Both the position numbers and the translations under genes were made by a program. Below are positions 22,497-36,060 of a DNA stretch of 64,000 bases, piece by piece. The stretch comes from Sphagnum compactum (Eukaryota): contig OZ234493.1 in assembly GCA_965153455.1 (NCBI GenBank), forward strand, positions 17,412,213 to 17,476,212, read 5' to 3'. The notes below the pieces were generated by a model. The model had not been told where the DNA came from and searched no databases. It saw only the letters and a program-made list of their open reading frames with translations. The stretch's first letter is position 1. Each line of letters begins with the position of its first letter.

Positions 22497-25253
22497 GTAC
22501 AGTGAACTTACACCCGGTGAAATGCAATAAACTCACCGACTGTCCTTTGGAATTTGTTACATCCTCTCAGGACCTGGTTCGATGCTCACTTTGGCAACTT
22601 TAACAATATTCTGAAGACGATCAGGACATGTCGGATGGTAACAGGCTGCTACGGCAGGAAGAGAATAAATTCAGATCCAATATCAAGTCTTTAGAGCCTC
22701 TGATCTTTATTCAACCTTCGATCAGTTGTGGACGTGAATTCCACCCTCCAGAGTTACCCACAAAATAGACTTTCGTTTCCCTTGACCGAGTGGCATTAAG
22801 TATGCAAAGAGCCTAATTTGTACGAGACTGAGTTTTGCCGGAGACTTTCCCCCGTATCGCTGCAATCTGACCACCTTCCGACCTATGAAAATAGCCTCTG
22901 TGGTGATCCTACAGGAAATGCGGGTGGCAAGAGTAGCCGTTTTGTTGCCCGACCCCGTGCAACCCGTAGCATTGCCGGTCTACAGTCGAATGGATCGCTC
23001 GATTGACTTCTTGTCGCTCATGTTCCGTCGGGCTCAACTTGGTGTCTCTGTGGGGTCCATCGGGTTCGAGGTCCGATGGTCTCTGCGCCATTGTACGCCA
23101 AAACGCTGCGCTCTTGAACCGGTTGGACCAAATGGTTCCATGACATCGGCTCCCTTGAGGAGGGTTTCGGCATCTCCGTCGAAGGCCTCCTCTGGTCGTA
23201 TGCAGGATGTTCGCGAGCAGAGGCTTGCACCGATGGCAGAAAACAAACGACTCCTTGCAGAAGCTTTGCCTTTTCCTTACAAGACTCTTATACCCCACGC
23301 CAAGGCACACGGAGGGAGAGAACCGAACCCTCTTCCGGAGCTCCACCCACTTTGAGAATCTCGAGAAGTACGGGAGTTCCCTCAGGTCAAAGTCTGGTGC
23401 TGTCCGTGAAAACTGTTTCTGTGCACCCAAAATACACGAGGGAGAGTGCCCGCCCCCCGTCAACAAATGAGCCTTCGGCACCGATTCTGTCAAATCCACC
23501 TCTCGTTCACTGTACCCCGGACCAGGCAATCCGGGAGACAGAACTCCATCTCCCTTGAATGTTAAGACTTATCGTCGCTGGCGATTCCCATCTCCCTTGA
23601 CACCTCTGGCTTCTCCATCGATCGCTCTTTCTTCCCCGCGAGGTGTTTCTTGTACCCTCTTCTTGAATAGAATAACATTATGTATAGTTCGGTCTAGTGG
23701 TATTATATGGCTCATGCATAATTGTTGTTTTGCCTTAAACCGGCAACCCGAATAGCCTAGTGGTGGGCTCGTAGCTACCCTGCAAGCGACTAAATTGGCC
23801 TTGTTAATGGCTTAAAAAAGACCTCTTCTCAAAGTGACTGCAGCTCCTTTTGGAGTCCAGAGACACCGGAACTTACAATCTGTCGATAGACCCGATGAAC
23901 CTCTTTTTGTTTCTTTCGGCATGAACCCCTTTCCTAACATGACCCTATTGCTTCCGATGGGAGATACATATCTGCATTGGTTTATCCAGAAGGTGGAAAA
24001 AAACATGGGGGTGAAAGAACTTAAAGCACTGTTCATTCAGGGAGAGAACCGGATGGTCTCCGTACGAGGAACAAATCTAATGTTCCTGCTGTTGGTGTGT
24101 GGGCATTTTTATAGGATATTATGAGCAAGAAGTTGATGAATCGACCGGACACATATTGCATCTACCGAGCTCGCAACCGTCCCGGCAAAATCGGCGAGAC
24201 GAGGGAGGCCCGATTGTTACAAATGGAGCTGTTGTTCCCCAAAGAGGGGGTGCTCTTGGTACTAAAATTCACTGCATCCTCTTCGCTGATTTTCTCCCTG
24301 CAAGCACATCATGTTGGTAAATGCATTTCTCTTGTACTCCCAGTTCTGAAAGAGCTGTATATGTGATGGAGAGTTACGAAATAGAGTCCTCTTCGCCCAT
24401 TGTGATCCGGATTCTTTTGCAACAATCTTGGGCATCAGTACGACATCCTCTGAACTTGTGCTATACATATTTAATGCTGCAAGAAGTCTGTAGGAATTAG
24501 AAACTCTGTGTTACAGCAAGTTAAAATCGAGGACTTTGCATGCAATTGTAGTTCTCTTTCTGGCGTCTTACCCTGGTTGGTATGTGGGTGGTTTCGAACT
24601 GGGGTGCATAAAAGATATGTGGGAGCAACAGAAAGACGCATGGAAAAAGAGGCAAGTATCATACGATCCCAAAGACCAGGCTATCTTGGATCCAATCTTT
24701 GCAGGAGCAGCGGCAACTCACAACCCCGATCGAAACCCAAGTCAGAACTTCCACGGATCAGATTATTTTCAAGCTTTGGTGAGAGATGTTCCTTTGCATA
24801 CTACGTTCATAGTACCTGCTTTCCTGGTCCGGTCCTGACGCTAGGCTACGTCATCCTTCCATCCACGCTGGGCCTTCGTGCCATCAGACTTATTTTTTCT
24901 GTTCATACTGCAATACTTACGCTGTATGTGCTGTTATATTTCTCTTAAGACTCCCAAACCCCCTCTCTTTTGATGGCTTTAGAGATTGAGGGATTGGACT
25001 CAAGTACAGAGATTGCGACGATGAAAACACTAGGTAGGCAGAGGCATATCTATAGAAGCTGCAAATTTCTGTAAGCACTTTGGTGCTCTTATCGAGCTAT
25101 ACTTGATCTCTGAGATCCGAGCGATCTTCAATCGGCGAGGGTCCTTGTCTGCACTGAACCACAAAGAAAGGAGGAAACAGGAGAGACCGTGATAATCAAT
25201 CGGGGTGCTGAAAGCAGGTGCATTCGAGGGATGCTTAGAGACTACTCTTGCAG

Positions 25254-25389
25254 AAATACTGGGCAGAAACAGTACCCACATGGAAGACCATCGCGAGGAA
25301 TTTTTTGCAGCCATACACTAAGTTTGCGTACGATCACCACTACTATCGGATATGACATGGATTACACCCTCGTCCACTATAATGCGAAG
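25254..25389 (+). pseudogene. HAD-family cytosolic purine 5'-nucleotidase exon fragment
   Basis: RGIFCSHTLSLRTITTTIGYDMDYTLVHYN (DMDYT motif I) bounded by CAG/GT. Confidence 0.8.
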
Positions 25390-25779
25390 GTGAAAACAAC
25401 GCCGTTATCTCTAGCATACGTGATCTTTGAGCAGGCATGCCAAAGTCTCCGTCAATATGGTTCATGCATGGCGAGTATGAAAATAAGCTCCCTTAATGTG
25501 TGCCGGATGACATTCGTCAGCAGAAGAAATACGGAGTCAGTTCGTTCTGGTGCTCGAATCCTGTACAACTATCCTCATGGCCTGCTTGATTATCCGCGCC
25601 TCTTGTTCGGCATGTCATTCGAGCGTTCTATGATACGCGTACTCGATGTGAGAATAAAACATCTAGAAAATTTCCCTCTGTTCATGACCGACATTGTTGT
25701 CGATAAAAAAGACTGCGTTCCATTATGGGCTTCCTTCTGAAGGCACCCTAAAAAAAACTCCATACCTCCACCCCCCTCC

Positions 25780-26270
25780 CCCTCAACAGTAAAAAAAAAG
25801 AAAATAAAAATCAAGGTGCACCCTTTGTTTGGTCTTTGCTGTGAGGTTCCCTCAACAGTAGAAAAAACAGAAAAAAAAAACAAGGTGCACCCTTTGTCTG
25901 GTCTTTGCTGTGAGGTCCCCTCAACAGTAAAAAAAAAGAAAAAAAAAATCAAGGTGCACCCTTTGTCTGGTCTTTGCTGTGAGGTCCCCTCGATAGTAAA
26001 ATAAACAGAAAAAAATAAAATCAAGGTGCACCCTTTGTCTGGTCTTTGCTGTGAGGTCCCCTCAACAGTAAAAATAAAAAAGAAAAAACAAAATCAAGGT
26101 GCACCCTTTGTCTGGTCTTTGCTGTGAGGTCCCCTCAACAGTAAAAAAACAGGAAAAAAAAAATCAAGGTGCACCCTTTGTCTGGTCTTTACTGTGAGGT
26201 CCTCTCAACAGTTAAAAAAAAGAAAAAAGAAAATCAAGGTGCACCCTTTGTCTCATCTTTGCTGTGAGGT
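25780..26270. repeat. Tandem repeat, ~70 bp unit x7 with variable poly-A
   Basis: CAAGGTGCACCCTTTGTCTGGTCTTTGCTGTGAGGTCCCCTCAACAGTA(n) at ~25812, 25881, 25950, 26022, 26095, 26165, 26235. Confidence 0.9.
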
Positions 26271-27037
26271 CTGTTGCAGGCCAGTGGGTTTCAACCGACC
26301 CCTCCCCCCATAATCAATTTGTGAAAAAAATAACCCCCTACCCTCTCCACAATGAAAAAAACATTTCTAGAAAACCCTATTAACCCCTTTTCCCCCTCCT
26401 CCTTCCATATTTCCAATGAAGGGACCCTAAAAAAAACTCCATACCTCCACCCCCCCTCCCCCTCAACAGTAAAAAATAAAATTAAAAAAATAAAATATCA
26501 AGGTGCACCCTTTCTGTTGCAGGCTGGTGTGTTTCAATCGACCCCTCCCCCCATAATCAATTTGTGCAAAAAAATAACCCCCTACCCTCTCCACAATGAA
26601 AAAAACATTTCTAGAAAACCCTATTAACCCCTTTCCCCCCTCCTCCTTCCACATTTCCAATGAAGGGATCATAAAAAAAACTCCATACCTCCACCCCCCT
26701 CGCCCTCAACAATAAAAAAATAAAAAATCAAGGTGCACCCTTTCAAGTTCTCCCCTTGCACAATGAGACCTAGTAATTCCCCTGGCCCAGTAAAAAATAA
26801 TTTATCATAGTTACCAGCAGTAAAAAAAGGTACAAAAAGTAACAAACCTCACCCCTTTCGATAGTAAAAAGTAACTTCTAAAATTTACGAGCAGTAAAAA
26901 AAGTAACAAAAAGTGAAAAAGGTCAACAAAAAAAGCCTGCCACTACGGGAGAACAGCCTGCCACTACGCCCCCTTTTTTGTGGTCAAACAGCCTCCAGCC
27001 TGCGTCCTTACGGGCGTAGTGGTCAGATCATATGTAT

Positions 27038-29200
27038 AGGCTATTCGAAAATAAAACAAAATAGCCTGAGAAACTGAAAAAAAAAAACACAAAAAAAAAG
27101 GGAGAGAAAGAATCATCAGAAAAAATATTAGTAATCTTTTTCGTTTTGTGGAAATGAAATTTCACTTTCTAATTATTATTTAGAAAACCTTTTTGAAAAA
27201 AAATTGAAAAAAGAAAAAGAAAAGGAATGCATAAAACACAAAGAAAGAAGAAAGAAAGACCGAAACAAAAAAAAGATAAAGAAATGGGGACCTTATATTC
27301 TTATATAGTAAAGGACGTCGTGGACGAAATGAAGCTTTCCATCCATCCGTCCGTCGCGTCATCCATCCAAACACAACAAATATATATCTTAAAAAGGGAC
27401 CCTAAATGTACCCATTTCCCCGTCCTCCTTCCACCCTAAACCCATATATCTAGGGGAAAAAATGTACCCATTTCCCCCCCCCCCTCAACAGTAAAAAAAA
27501 AAATTAAAAAAATGCATCAAGCTGCACCCCTAAACCCCCCCTCGCACAATCAACCCAATATAAACCCTGGCCCTTCTCCATAGTAAAAAGTAATTTCCTA
27601 AAACTTACGAGCAGTAAAAAAAGTAACAAACATACCCCTCTCAGCAGTAAAAAGTAATTTACAAAACTTACAACCAGTAAAAAAAGTAACTAAAAATGAA
27701 AAAAATCAACAAAAAAAGCCCGGCACTGCGCGAAAACAACCCAGCACTCCTGTGTATTTTCTCCGGTCAAATAGCCCACAGCCCACGGCATTACACTCGT
27801 AATGCTCCGATTACTAAGATAGCTTTCTCTCGCTTACCGCGCTTTATCGCACTCTCTACTCCTTATTGCGCTTTATCTCACTTTCTCCCCCCTTACCTCG
27901 TTTTATCACGCTTTCTCCTGCTTTTCCCTGCTTTCTCTTGCTCACCACGCTTGATCCTGCTTTTTGCGCTTACTGCACTTGATCGCGCTTTTTCCTGCTT
28001 ATTTCACTTTACCCGCGCTTTCTCCCACTTACCGCGCTTTATCGCACTCTCTACTGCTTATTGCGCTTTATCTCACTTTCTCGCCCTTACCTCGCTTTAT
28101 CACGCTTTCTCCTACTTATTTCGCTTTGCCCCCGGTTATTGCGCACTTTATCGCACTATCTCCCGCTGACCACGCTTATTGCACTTTATCGCGCTTTCTC
28201 CTGTTTATTGCACTTTACCCCGCTTTCTCCCCCTTACCGCGCTTTATCGTGCTTTCTTAAGCTTATTTCACTTTACCCCCCCTTTCCTCCGCTTATTGCG
28301 CACTTTATCGCACTTTCTCCCCCTTACCGCACTTTTTCGCGCTTTCTACTCCTTATTGCACTTTACCCCGCTTTCTCCCGCTTACTCTGCTTTACTCTTC
28401 TTTCTCTTGTGTACCACGCTTTATGTTGCTTACAACGTTTTATCGCGCTTTCTCCCACTGATCGCACTTTACCCCGTTTTCTCTTGCTTATTGCGCTTTA
28501 TGGTGTTTTCTCTCGCTTATTGCGCTTTTCCCCGCTTACCGCACTTTACCCCGCTTTATTTCGCACCCTACCCTTTAACCCGCTTTCTTTCGCTTAATGT
28601 GCTTTAAGTCGGTTCGCCCCAGTCATCTTCGCTTTATCGCGCTTTAACTCCCTTTATGTCGCTTACCTCGTTTTAAGTCGCTTTTCTTGCTTTACCCTGC
28701 TTTCGCCCGCTTTGCCGCATGTTAACTTGTTTTATTGCGCTTTACCCTGCTTTACACGCTTTAAATTGTTTTTCACCGCTTTACCTTGCTTATGCCCGAC
28801 GTATCCCTTTATCCTCTTTCATGCCCGATTCTCCATTCTTTCCACCTTCTCTTTTTCATGCCCGCCTTTCTGTTTTCGCCCTCCTTATCCTTTTATGCCC
28901 CGTTATGCCAAACTTCCCCGCGTTTGCAAACTTATGCTCAACTTGCCCTTATTTCTTATCCTTATGCCCCACTTATTCGCATTTCTCTCATCCGCCTTTG
29001 TGAAAACTCGGTTTCTCTCATTCACGTTTGCCGAAACTGCGTTTTCCCATTCCCGGTTTGCCTCAACCTTCGTTTTTGCACTTTGTGTTTCCTCAATATG
29101 CCTTTGTTGCAACTGCCTTTATCAAAATCCGGTTTCATTCATCTACGTTTCCGAATACCTGCTTTTCCTCATCCGCTGTCGTGAAAACCTTCCTTGCCGG
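27038..29200. repeat. Second copy of the AT-rich repeat plus long CGCTTT minisatellite
   Basis: Homologous to 17969-18770; pyrimidine-rich ~10-bp degenerate units from 27825. Confidence 0.85.
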
Positions 29201-30004
29201 ATCTGCCTTTGCTCGATATATTTTGTATCTTCCCAACTTCACAATTTTCAACAAAAACAAATCTCCCGCCGACTTCCAAACACTTCAAAATGGGGGGGGG
29301 GGGGGTTCGTCTGGACGGAATCCCGAAAAAATGACCAAAATTATGTCAAAGTGTCGTGGAACAAAAAATCGCCAACCTTTTATATCTTCCAAACTTGACA
29401 ATTTTCAGCAAAACTAAATCCTTCACTACCTTCAAAACACTTCAAAATGAGGGGGGGGGGGGGGGTCGGTCTAGACATAATCTTTAAAAAATAGACCAAA
29501 ATTATGCTAAACTTGGCATAACTCCATAAATTCTGCAAAACCTGGACCTGCAGAAGTCAAACCCCCCCTGTATCTTGCAAATGGTGATAGATTATGAAAA
29601 TCTCTTTGCATCGTCTTGTTTAAAACATTTCAAAATGGGGGGGGGGGGGGTAGGCCACCTCCGAATATAAGAAAAAATACCGCAATTCGCTCAAAATGCC
29701 CATCAAACATAAAAACCCGAAATTTCCTACATCTTGCAAACTTGGCACTTTTGAGCAAAAATAACTCCACCACGAGCTTTAAAACACATGAAAATGGGGG
29801 GGGTAAGTCCTTTCAAAACTTTCAACATGTATCATAATTAACCTTTTATGCCTTCATCTATTTGCCCCCACTGAAATAATGAATAAATATAGGAAAGAGG
29901 ATGGAGACTAGACCAGAGCCTCTTGAGCCAGGAAGTTATTGTCTAGAATGTTTCTTCCTTCTACAAAACCGGTTTGGTTTGGTCTGATCGCGAGAGGAAG
30001 GAAT

Positions 30005-30330
30005 TCTTCGATTCTTCTACCTAAAGTTTTGGCAATGATCTTGTTTATGCTTCCCAAAAGTGTGATTGGGCGCCCATTCCCCAGTTCTGAGTGCTCCCCT
30101 ACTTGGGAATCAGGGTGATCATGCCCTCGTTAATGTGTTCTGAGGTCAATCCCCATGCTAACATGGCCTTGAAAGCTAGTAGTCACGTGGGGGCTACCTC
30201 ATTCACGTATTCTTGAAAGAATTCTGTTGGGATTCCATCGTTATTAAAAACGTTTTTGACGTCAACTTGCATCATCGCCCAATCAAGGTGTCGGTTGAGG
30301 AAGGCTCTAATGCCAAAAATGATGGTCTCC
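30005..30330 (-). mobile_element. Non-LTR retrotransposon RT fragments (two joined pieces)
   Basis: DGIPTEFFQEY...GMITLIPK*...NGRPITLLGSINKIIAKTL (L1/Tx1-type RT) at 30005-30240; ETIIFGIRAFLNRHLDWAMMQVDVKNVFN at 30240-30330. Confidence 0.75.
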
Positions 30331-30333
30331 TAG

Positions 30334-30519
30334 CATAGTTATGACATTCTTGGTGCGAGAATGTTACGGAAGCCCAAAGAAGCAAGAATTTTTAACGAAT
30401 TTTATAGATCCACCAGTGTAATTTGGCAAACATTTGCGGGTCAAGAATGTTTTGACAAGGTGCTAAATGAAGAATTTTAAAGAATTTTAATGTGCAAAAT
30501 GAAGGATGTCATCACTAGG
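30334..30519. mobile_element. hAT-like MITE, 186 bp, 8-bp TSD; other copies at 30878-31062 and ~50617-50822 (both inverted)
   Basis: Imperfect TIR CATAGTTATGACATTCTT / AAGGATGTCATCACTAGG; TSD TCTCCTAG at 30326-30333 and 30520-30527. Confidence 0.85.
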
Positions 30520-31062
30520 TCTCCTAGCCTTCAGGGGTCAATATTCCAAACTGATGGGGGGATAAGTACTTTTGAAAGGCCCCCTCAAACTATAGGACAA
30601 TGGAATGATTAATAAATCCAATAAACACTTCACCTACGGGAATAACACGAAGACCCTCGAGTTTCGAGCCTAAAACATTAGGCTAAAACAGCTTGACATT
30701 ATCGACTGTAGTGCCCCGACCGTGAGTTCTGTATGTCGCTATCACGTCTGGCAAAAATGGGGAGCGCCCCATGACATCATTCTTTCCTGGCCTTTTGTCA
30801 TGCGTGCTGAAGCTGTCTTCGAGAGAGAAGTTGACCCCCCTGGAGTCCGAGGGTACCGTGTAGGAGGCTTCTCCTACCCTAGTGATGACATTCTTCATTT
30901 TGCACATTAAAATTCTTTAAAATTCTTTGTTTAGCACCTTGTCAAAACATTCTTCACCTGCCAATGTTCACCAAATTACACTGGTTGATCTATAAAATTC
31001 GTTAAAATTCTTGCTTCTTTGGGCTTCCGTAACATTCTCGCACCAAGAATGTCATAACTATG

Positions 31063-31300
31063 ATAATACTTGAGAGTTTGTTGCCACCACAAATGCTCCC
31101 CTGGATACCTTCCAAACTCACCCGACACCGCAAAAGTGCTTGTTGTTTTATTGACCCCCAATATTCCTCTCACGAACATTCTGTGTACTTGTTGTCACCC
31201 TTTCGCCCCTGTACAACTTGTCCACACCTCGCAATCGTGGCTCAGTATTGGGCGTACCGGTGAATCGAGCAACTGGCACATTACTTCCGGATTTGTTCCT
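31063..31300 (-). mobile_element. RTE-like LINE fragment (related pieces ~46990-47380 and ~50830-51000)
   Basis: VRP.LS...EVW...HRMFVRGILGVNKTTSTFAVSGEFGRYP. Confidence 0.65.
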
Positions 31301-33045
31301 TGCTATTCCTTCCCTGCATCTTGCAAACCCAACAAAAGGATCCAAGGATAAAAAATATATACTACGACAAATTGAAAAAAAATAGGAAAAGAAAAATAAA
31401 CGATCAAAATTAGACGAATAAATAAAAATGAATGAATAAGTACAACCAATAAATACGACCGAATAACCATAAGAAACGTTCGGTAAGAAGAAGAACATGG
31501 AAAAGGGCGAAAAATGAGGATTCCGAAGAAAGATGGGAGGACAAAAAAAGGGGGAAGAAAATGCCTTCTAAAAGTCCAAGAAAAAATACAAGAAAAAAAA
31601 GGAAGATAAGAAGAAAGGAAAAAATCCGAACTGGAATAGCCTGTGGTCTCCTGATAACCAAAAAAAAAATGCAAAAAAAATTCCTTTCGAAGATGTGCAA
31701 AACAAAACCCCAAAAAAAAAAAAAAAAAAAAAACTGTTTTTTCAACACAAAACCCCCTCGCCGAAATATATATATGTACCCTTGACCTCTCGCAATCTAT
31801 GGAAAAAAAAGTTCACTATTTCAACACCTCCGCCCATGCATTTTCCTAAAATAACGTTCGCCTCTTGTCCCACCTCTCTTCCAAAACCCCGAAAAAAAAA
31901 CCGATCCTCACACACCTTCGCTCCCTTCTAGTCAAATAGCCCAAACGTTAGAAACTTCAATATCAAAATTAATTCTTCTTCAAGGGGCCAAGAGGATGGA
32001 AAGAGAAAAATAAAAACAAACAATCACATTCTAATCCTAAACCCACCTTGAACAAGAAATTAATCTTTTCCTGACATCCCCCCCCCCCACCCACGGGGTG
32101 TGCCAGCTTCCCATTGGTTACACTCGTGAAAAGTTGGACACTTGCAGCGCCTGGATGGACTGTGACGGGGCCCCCTATTTTTTTTCCCTGCAATTCCTTT
32201 ACATATATATATACCTCCAAAGGCAATTATTTCGGATTTTTATTCCTGGTGTAAATTCAAAAAACAAATCTTCCGGATTTGTTCCTCGCTCTTCGTTTTG
32301 TACTTGTTCCTTCCTATCCTTCCCTCCATCTTGCAAACCCGACAAAAGGATCCAAGGATAAAACAATATATACTACGACAAATTGAAAAAAATAGGAAAA
32401 GAAAAATAAACGATCAAAATTAGACGAATAAATAAAAATGAATGAATAAGTACAACCAATAAATACGACCGAAAAACCATAAGAAACGTTCGGTAAGAAG
32501 AAGAACATGGAAAAGGGCGAAAAATGAGGATTCCGAATTAAGATGGGAGGACGAAAAAAGGGGGAAGAAAATGCCTTTTAAAAGTCCAAGAAAAAATACA
32601 AGAAAAAAAAGGAAGATAAGAAGAAAGGAAAAAATCCGAACTGGAATAGCCTGTGGTCTCATGATAACCAAAAAAAATTCCTTTGGAAGATGTGCAAAAC
32701 AAAACCCCCAAAAAAAAAAAAAAAAAACTGTTTTTTCGACTCAAAACCCCCTCGCCGAAATATATATATGTACCCTTGACCTCTCGCAATCTATGGAAAA
32801 AAAGTTCACTATTTCAACACCTCCGCCCATGCATTTTCATAAAATAACGTTCGCCTCTTGTCCCACCTCTCTTCCGAAACCCAGAAAAAAAACCGATCCT
32901 CACATACCTCCGCTCCCTTCTAGTCAAATAGCCCAAACGTTGGAAACTTCCGTATCAAAATTAATTCTTCTTTAAAGGGCCCAGAGGATGGAGAGAGAAA
33001 AATAAAATAAAACAATCACAATCCAATCCTAAACCCACCTATCAA
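31300..33045. repeat. A-rich dispersed repeat, two tandem copies; further copies ~47850-48420 and ~51035-51790
   Basis: Shared GGAATAGCCTGTGGTCTC and AACCCCCTCGCCGAAATATATAT blocks. Confidence 0.85.
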
Positions 33046-33310
33046 ATTTCCTACCTACCTATGTGCTTCTTTTCCTACCTCCCCGGCTCTTGTACCTACT
33101 TTCTCGTTTCCTGCTTTCTCACTACCCACCTTACATACCTTCTCACTATTTCTCTCAAAACCCACCCCTTACCTACCTACCTACCTACGTGCCTGCCTGC
33201 CTAAACCACCCCTTACGTACCTACCTACCAACTATCCACCTACCGCTGTTTTGTGCGACGGACTATCCACCTACCGCTGTTTTGTGCGACGGATTTGCCG
33301 TTGCTGCAGC

Positions 33311-34005
33311 CGCCTCTTCTTCGAACCTCTTCTTTCACTGAACCTCTTCTTCGAGCTTTTCCGTTTTTTCTCTTCTTCCAAGTCTTTCGCGCAACCTCTT
33401 CACGCGTTCCCTTTTCGTCTCACGCTCTACGACTTCGACAAACAGCTTCGTTTCTCTCGCACTGTACTCAGTCGGTACGCTGTGTTCTCGGATCCTACCT
33501 TACCACCGTGGTATCATGGAAGAAGCTGACCGGTGATGCTGATAAGAGCATGTCTTAAGGAGCTCCTTCGGATGCTCCTGTTGGCGCAAATCCTGCTCTG
33601 GAAGCCCGTATCGCTCCTGACGTGCAGGTACATCTTTTTTTTCTTCCGCGGGGGATTTGCCGCCTTTTCTTCGAACCTCTTCTTTCACTGAACCTCTTCT
33701 TCGAGCTTTTCCGTTTTTTCTCTTCTTCCAAGTCTTTCGCGCAACCTCTTCACGCGTTCCCTTTTCGTCTCACGCTCTACGCCTTCGACAAACAGCTTCG
33801 TTTCTCTCGCACTGTACTCAGTCGGTACGCTGTGTTCTCGGATCCTACCTTACCACCGTGGTATCATGGAAGAAGCTGACCGGTGATGCTGATAAGAGCA
33901 TGTCGTCAGGAGCTCCTTCGGATGCTCCTGTTGGTGCAAATCCTGCTCTGGAAGCCCGTATCGCTCCTGACGCGCAGGTACATCTTTTTTTTCTTCCGCG
34001 CGGGA
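33311..34005. repeat. Near-identical tandem duplication (~350 bp)
   Basis: CGCCT.TTCTTCGAACCTCTTCTTTCACTG at 33311 and 33661. Confidence 0.9.
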
Positions 34006-34583
34006 TTTTTGTCTTTCTTTCGATGTACCGAAGAGAGACACGGGAATTTGAGACGGCTTAATTGGTGCTCGCTTTGGATTTTTGAGGAGATTTGCGATCG
34101 CGCTTCAGGGTTTTTCACCGATGCTGTATTGCAGAGTGGCTGTTCGAGTCGGTTGAGAGAGAGACAGACAGAGAGAGAGAGACAGAGAAGCAGCACTTGG
34201 GGTTTAGTCACCTCTTCTCCTGTTTCTTCTCGCGTTAGAATTTCTGAAAATTGATTGTGTATTTGTGCCTCGGTACGATTGCCTTGCGTCGTGTGTTTCC
34301 AAACCGTAGCATCATGGATTGCTCTCGACGTGCAGCTCGACCACGGTGAGATGTTGTTGGGTGTATGAGTTTTGATTCTCATAAAGAATATGAGCACAGA
34401 ATTCCTACGTTGCTTGTTGTGTTCGCAGGCACTGCATTGTTGGTTTTACCAGATGCTGCTGAACGGAGGGGCAAATGGGTCTCTTCGTTATGCTTTCAAT
34501 TTGAACCTTTCTGCATGCACTACACATGTAGTACACATTGTCAAGTTATGTGTAACACCTAGTTACTTGGTGTTCATTTGCAG

Positions 34584-34693
34584 GGCGTACTTGAGGCCGT
34601 GAGAATCAGCTGTGCTGGCTACCGAACAAGACGCACCTTTTATGAGTTTCTCGACCGCTTTGGGCTGCTTGCTCCTGAGGTCCTTGAGGGCAA
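34584..34693 (+). pseudogene. Myosin XI motor-domain exon (isolated); partial copy at ~35371
   Basis: [44 protein letters not shown]. Confidence 0.9.
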
Positions 34694-35826
34694 GTAAGTG
34701 AATACCAATACGCGTGGATTTTCTTGGGCCTCCATCTGTTGCATCAATTATCATTTATCTGGGCATCCTGGAAAATCTTTTGGCATTGGTCTGGCTCAAA
34801 ATGCACATGATTTGCTGTCTCTGCGTGCTGCGTGATTATTTCATTAAATGGATATGTGGCCCTGTGGAGATGCTTTGCTCAAAAGGAGTTCTCTTTAGTC
34901 TTGTCCGCATCATAGTATATGGCAGCATGACCTCAAATGTTGTGCATGTCTGGTTAACTGGGTTCCATCCTAATTGGATACCACATACTTGCAAGGCATT
35001 TGGACGTTGGATTCTGTAGGCTGTTTTGCATGAATCTGTGACTTGTGTGCCAGCTGACATCATGTATGACTCTTCCTGTCGCTTCTAGTTCGCTTTTGTA
35101 CGATTGTTTGCTCGTTCCCATTTTTTTCATTTTCAACACTCCGAAATACATTCGGTTCACTGGATGTAATCCGTGTTACACATTGAAGAATTCAAAAATT
35201 GTAGCCCGTAGCTGGCCTTCCGTCTGGAGACCGGTATGCTTCATTACCCCCGTCAGTTCAGCCGATAATGTGAGTTTTCCTAATTTGCAATTGTCTTTTC
35301 TTCTATTTTCCGACGTTGGGGTCCATTTTCAAGTTATGTGTAACACCTAGTTACTTGGTGTTCATTTGCAGGGCATACTTGAGGCCGTGAGAGGTTTTCC
35401 ATTCCAGGCCTCCCAGTGTCCTCGCCATCGCCAGGTTGTTGTGCTTCTCCCACAGGCCATCACCAGGTGCGTCTACCCCCCCCCCCCCCCCACCCCCAAC
35501 CTCCCCCTCCTTCAAGTCCTACTTTTCGAATAAAAATCTAGGAGATTTGTCTCCTCCGCTTCTTTTGATCCCAAGATCAGCTTGATCGGTCTGCAATGGA
35601 CACGGAATGCAATGGACACGGAATGCAGTGGGCTTGTCTTTGATGTGTTGGAGCTGATTGTTGAGTCACACTTCCACTGCATCCACAAATATTGCCACAG
35701 AACCGAGGCTGGTCAGATTGAGGTGTGACTCGACCGTCAGCTCTCGACCATCAGCTCCGACACATCACAGACATTACCTAGAGACACACACAAATTCTCA
35801 TCGAGTTTTTTATTTATCGGGGATGC

Positions 35827-35965
35827 ACACCTCCTGACCGGCTGTATGGCATTGCAGACTGTTCGATCGGTGACGATCGCGGTCTGTAAGGGCCAATTGG
35901 CGTGGGCTGTATGGCAGTGCAGACCGTTCGCGGTCTGTACGGGCCAATTAGCGCGCAGGAGGTGT
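35827..35965. other. Conserved hairpin upstream of the TET/JBP-like paralog exon
   Basis: ACACCTCCTG...CAGGAGGTGT outer stem; TGCAGACTG/CGGTCTGTA inner stem; homologous to 61468-61567. Confidence 0.65.
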
Positions 35966-36060
35966 TCACGTTCGATTTTTAAAAAACAGAACCTCCTGAA
36001 CCTAGCATCTCAAATCTTTCATCGTTCATAGTAAAAATTCGTGCTATGACAGTCGTCCTC

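Noticed and set aside
22850-24780. Protein-like stretches (22909-23529 minus; WEQQKDAWKKRQVSYDPKD at ~24620)
   Set aside because: Possibly more captured exons, but I cannot assign a family or consistent splice structure
25780-26270. CRISPR-like repeat/spacer pattern
   Set aside because: The spacers are just variable poly-A tracts, there are no cas genes, and the context is eukaryotic; ordinary tandem repeat
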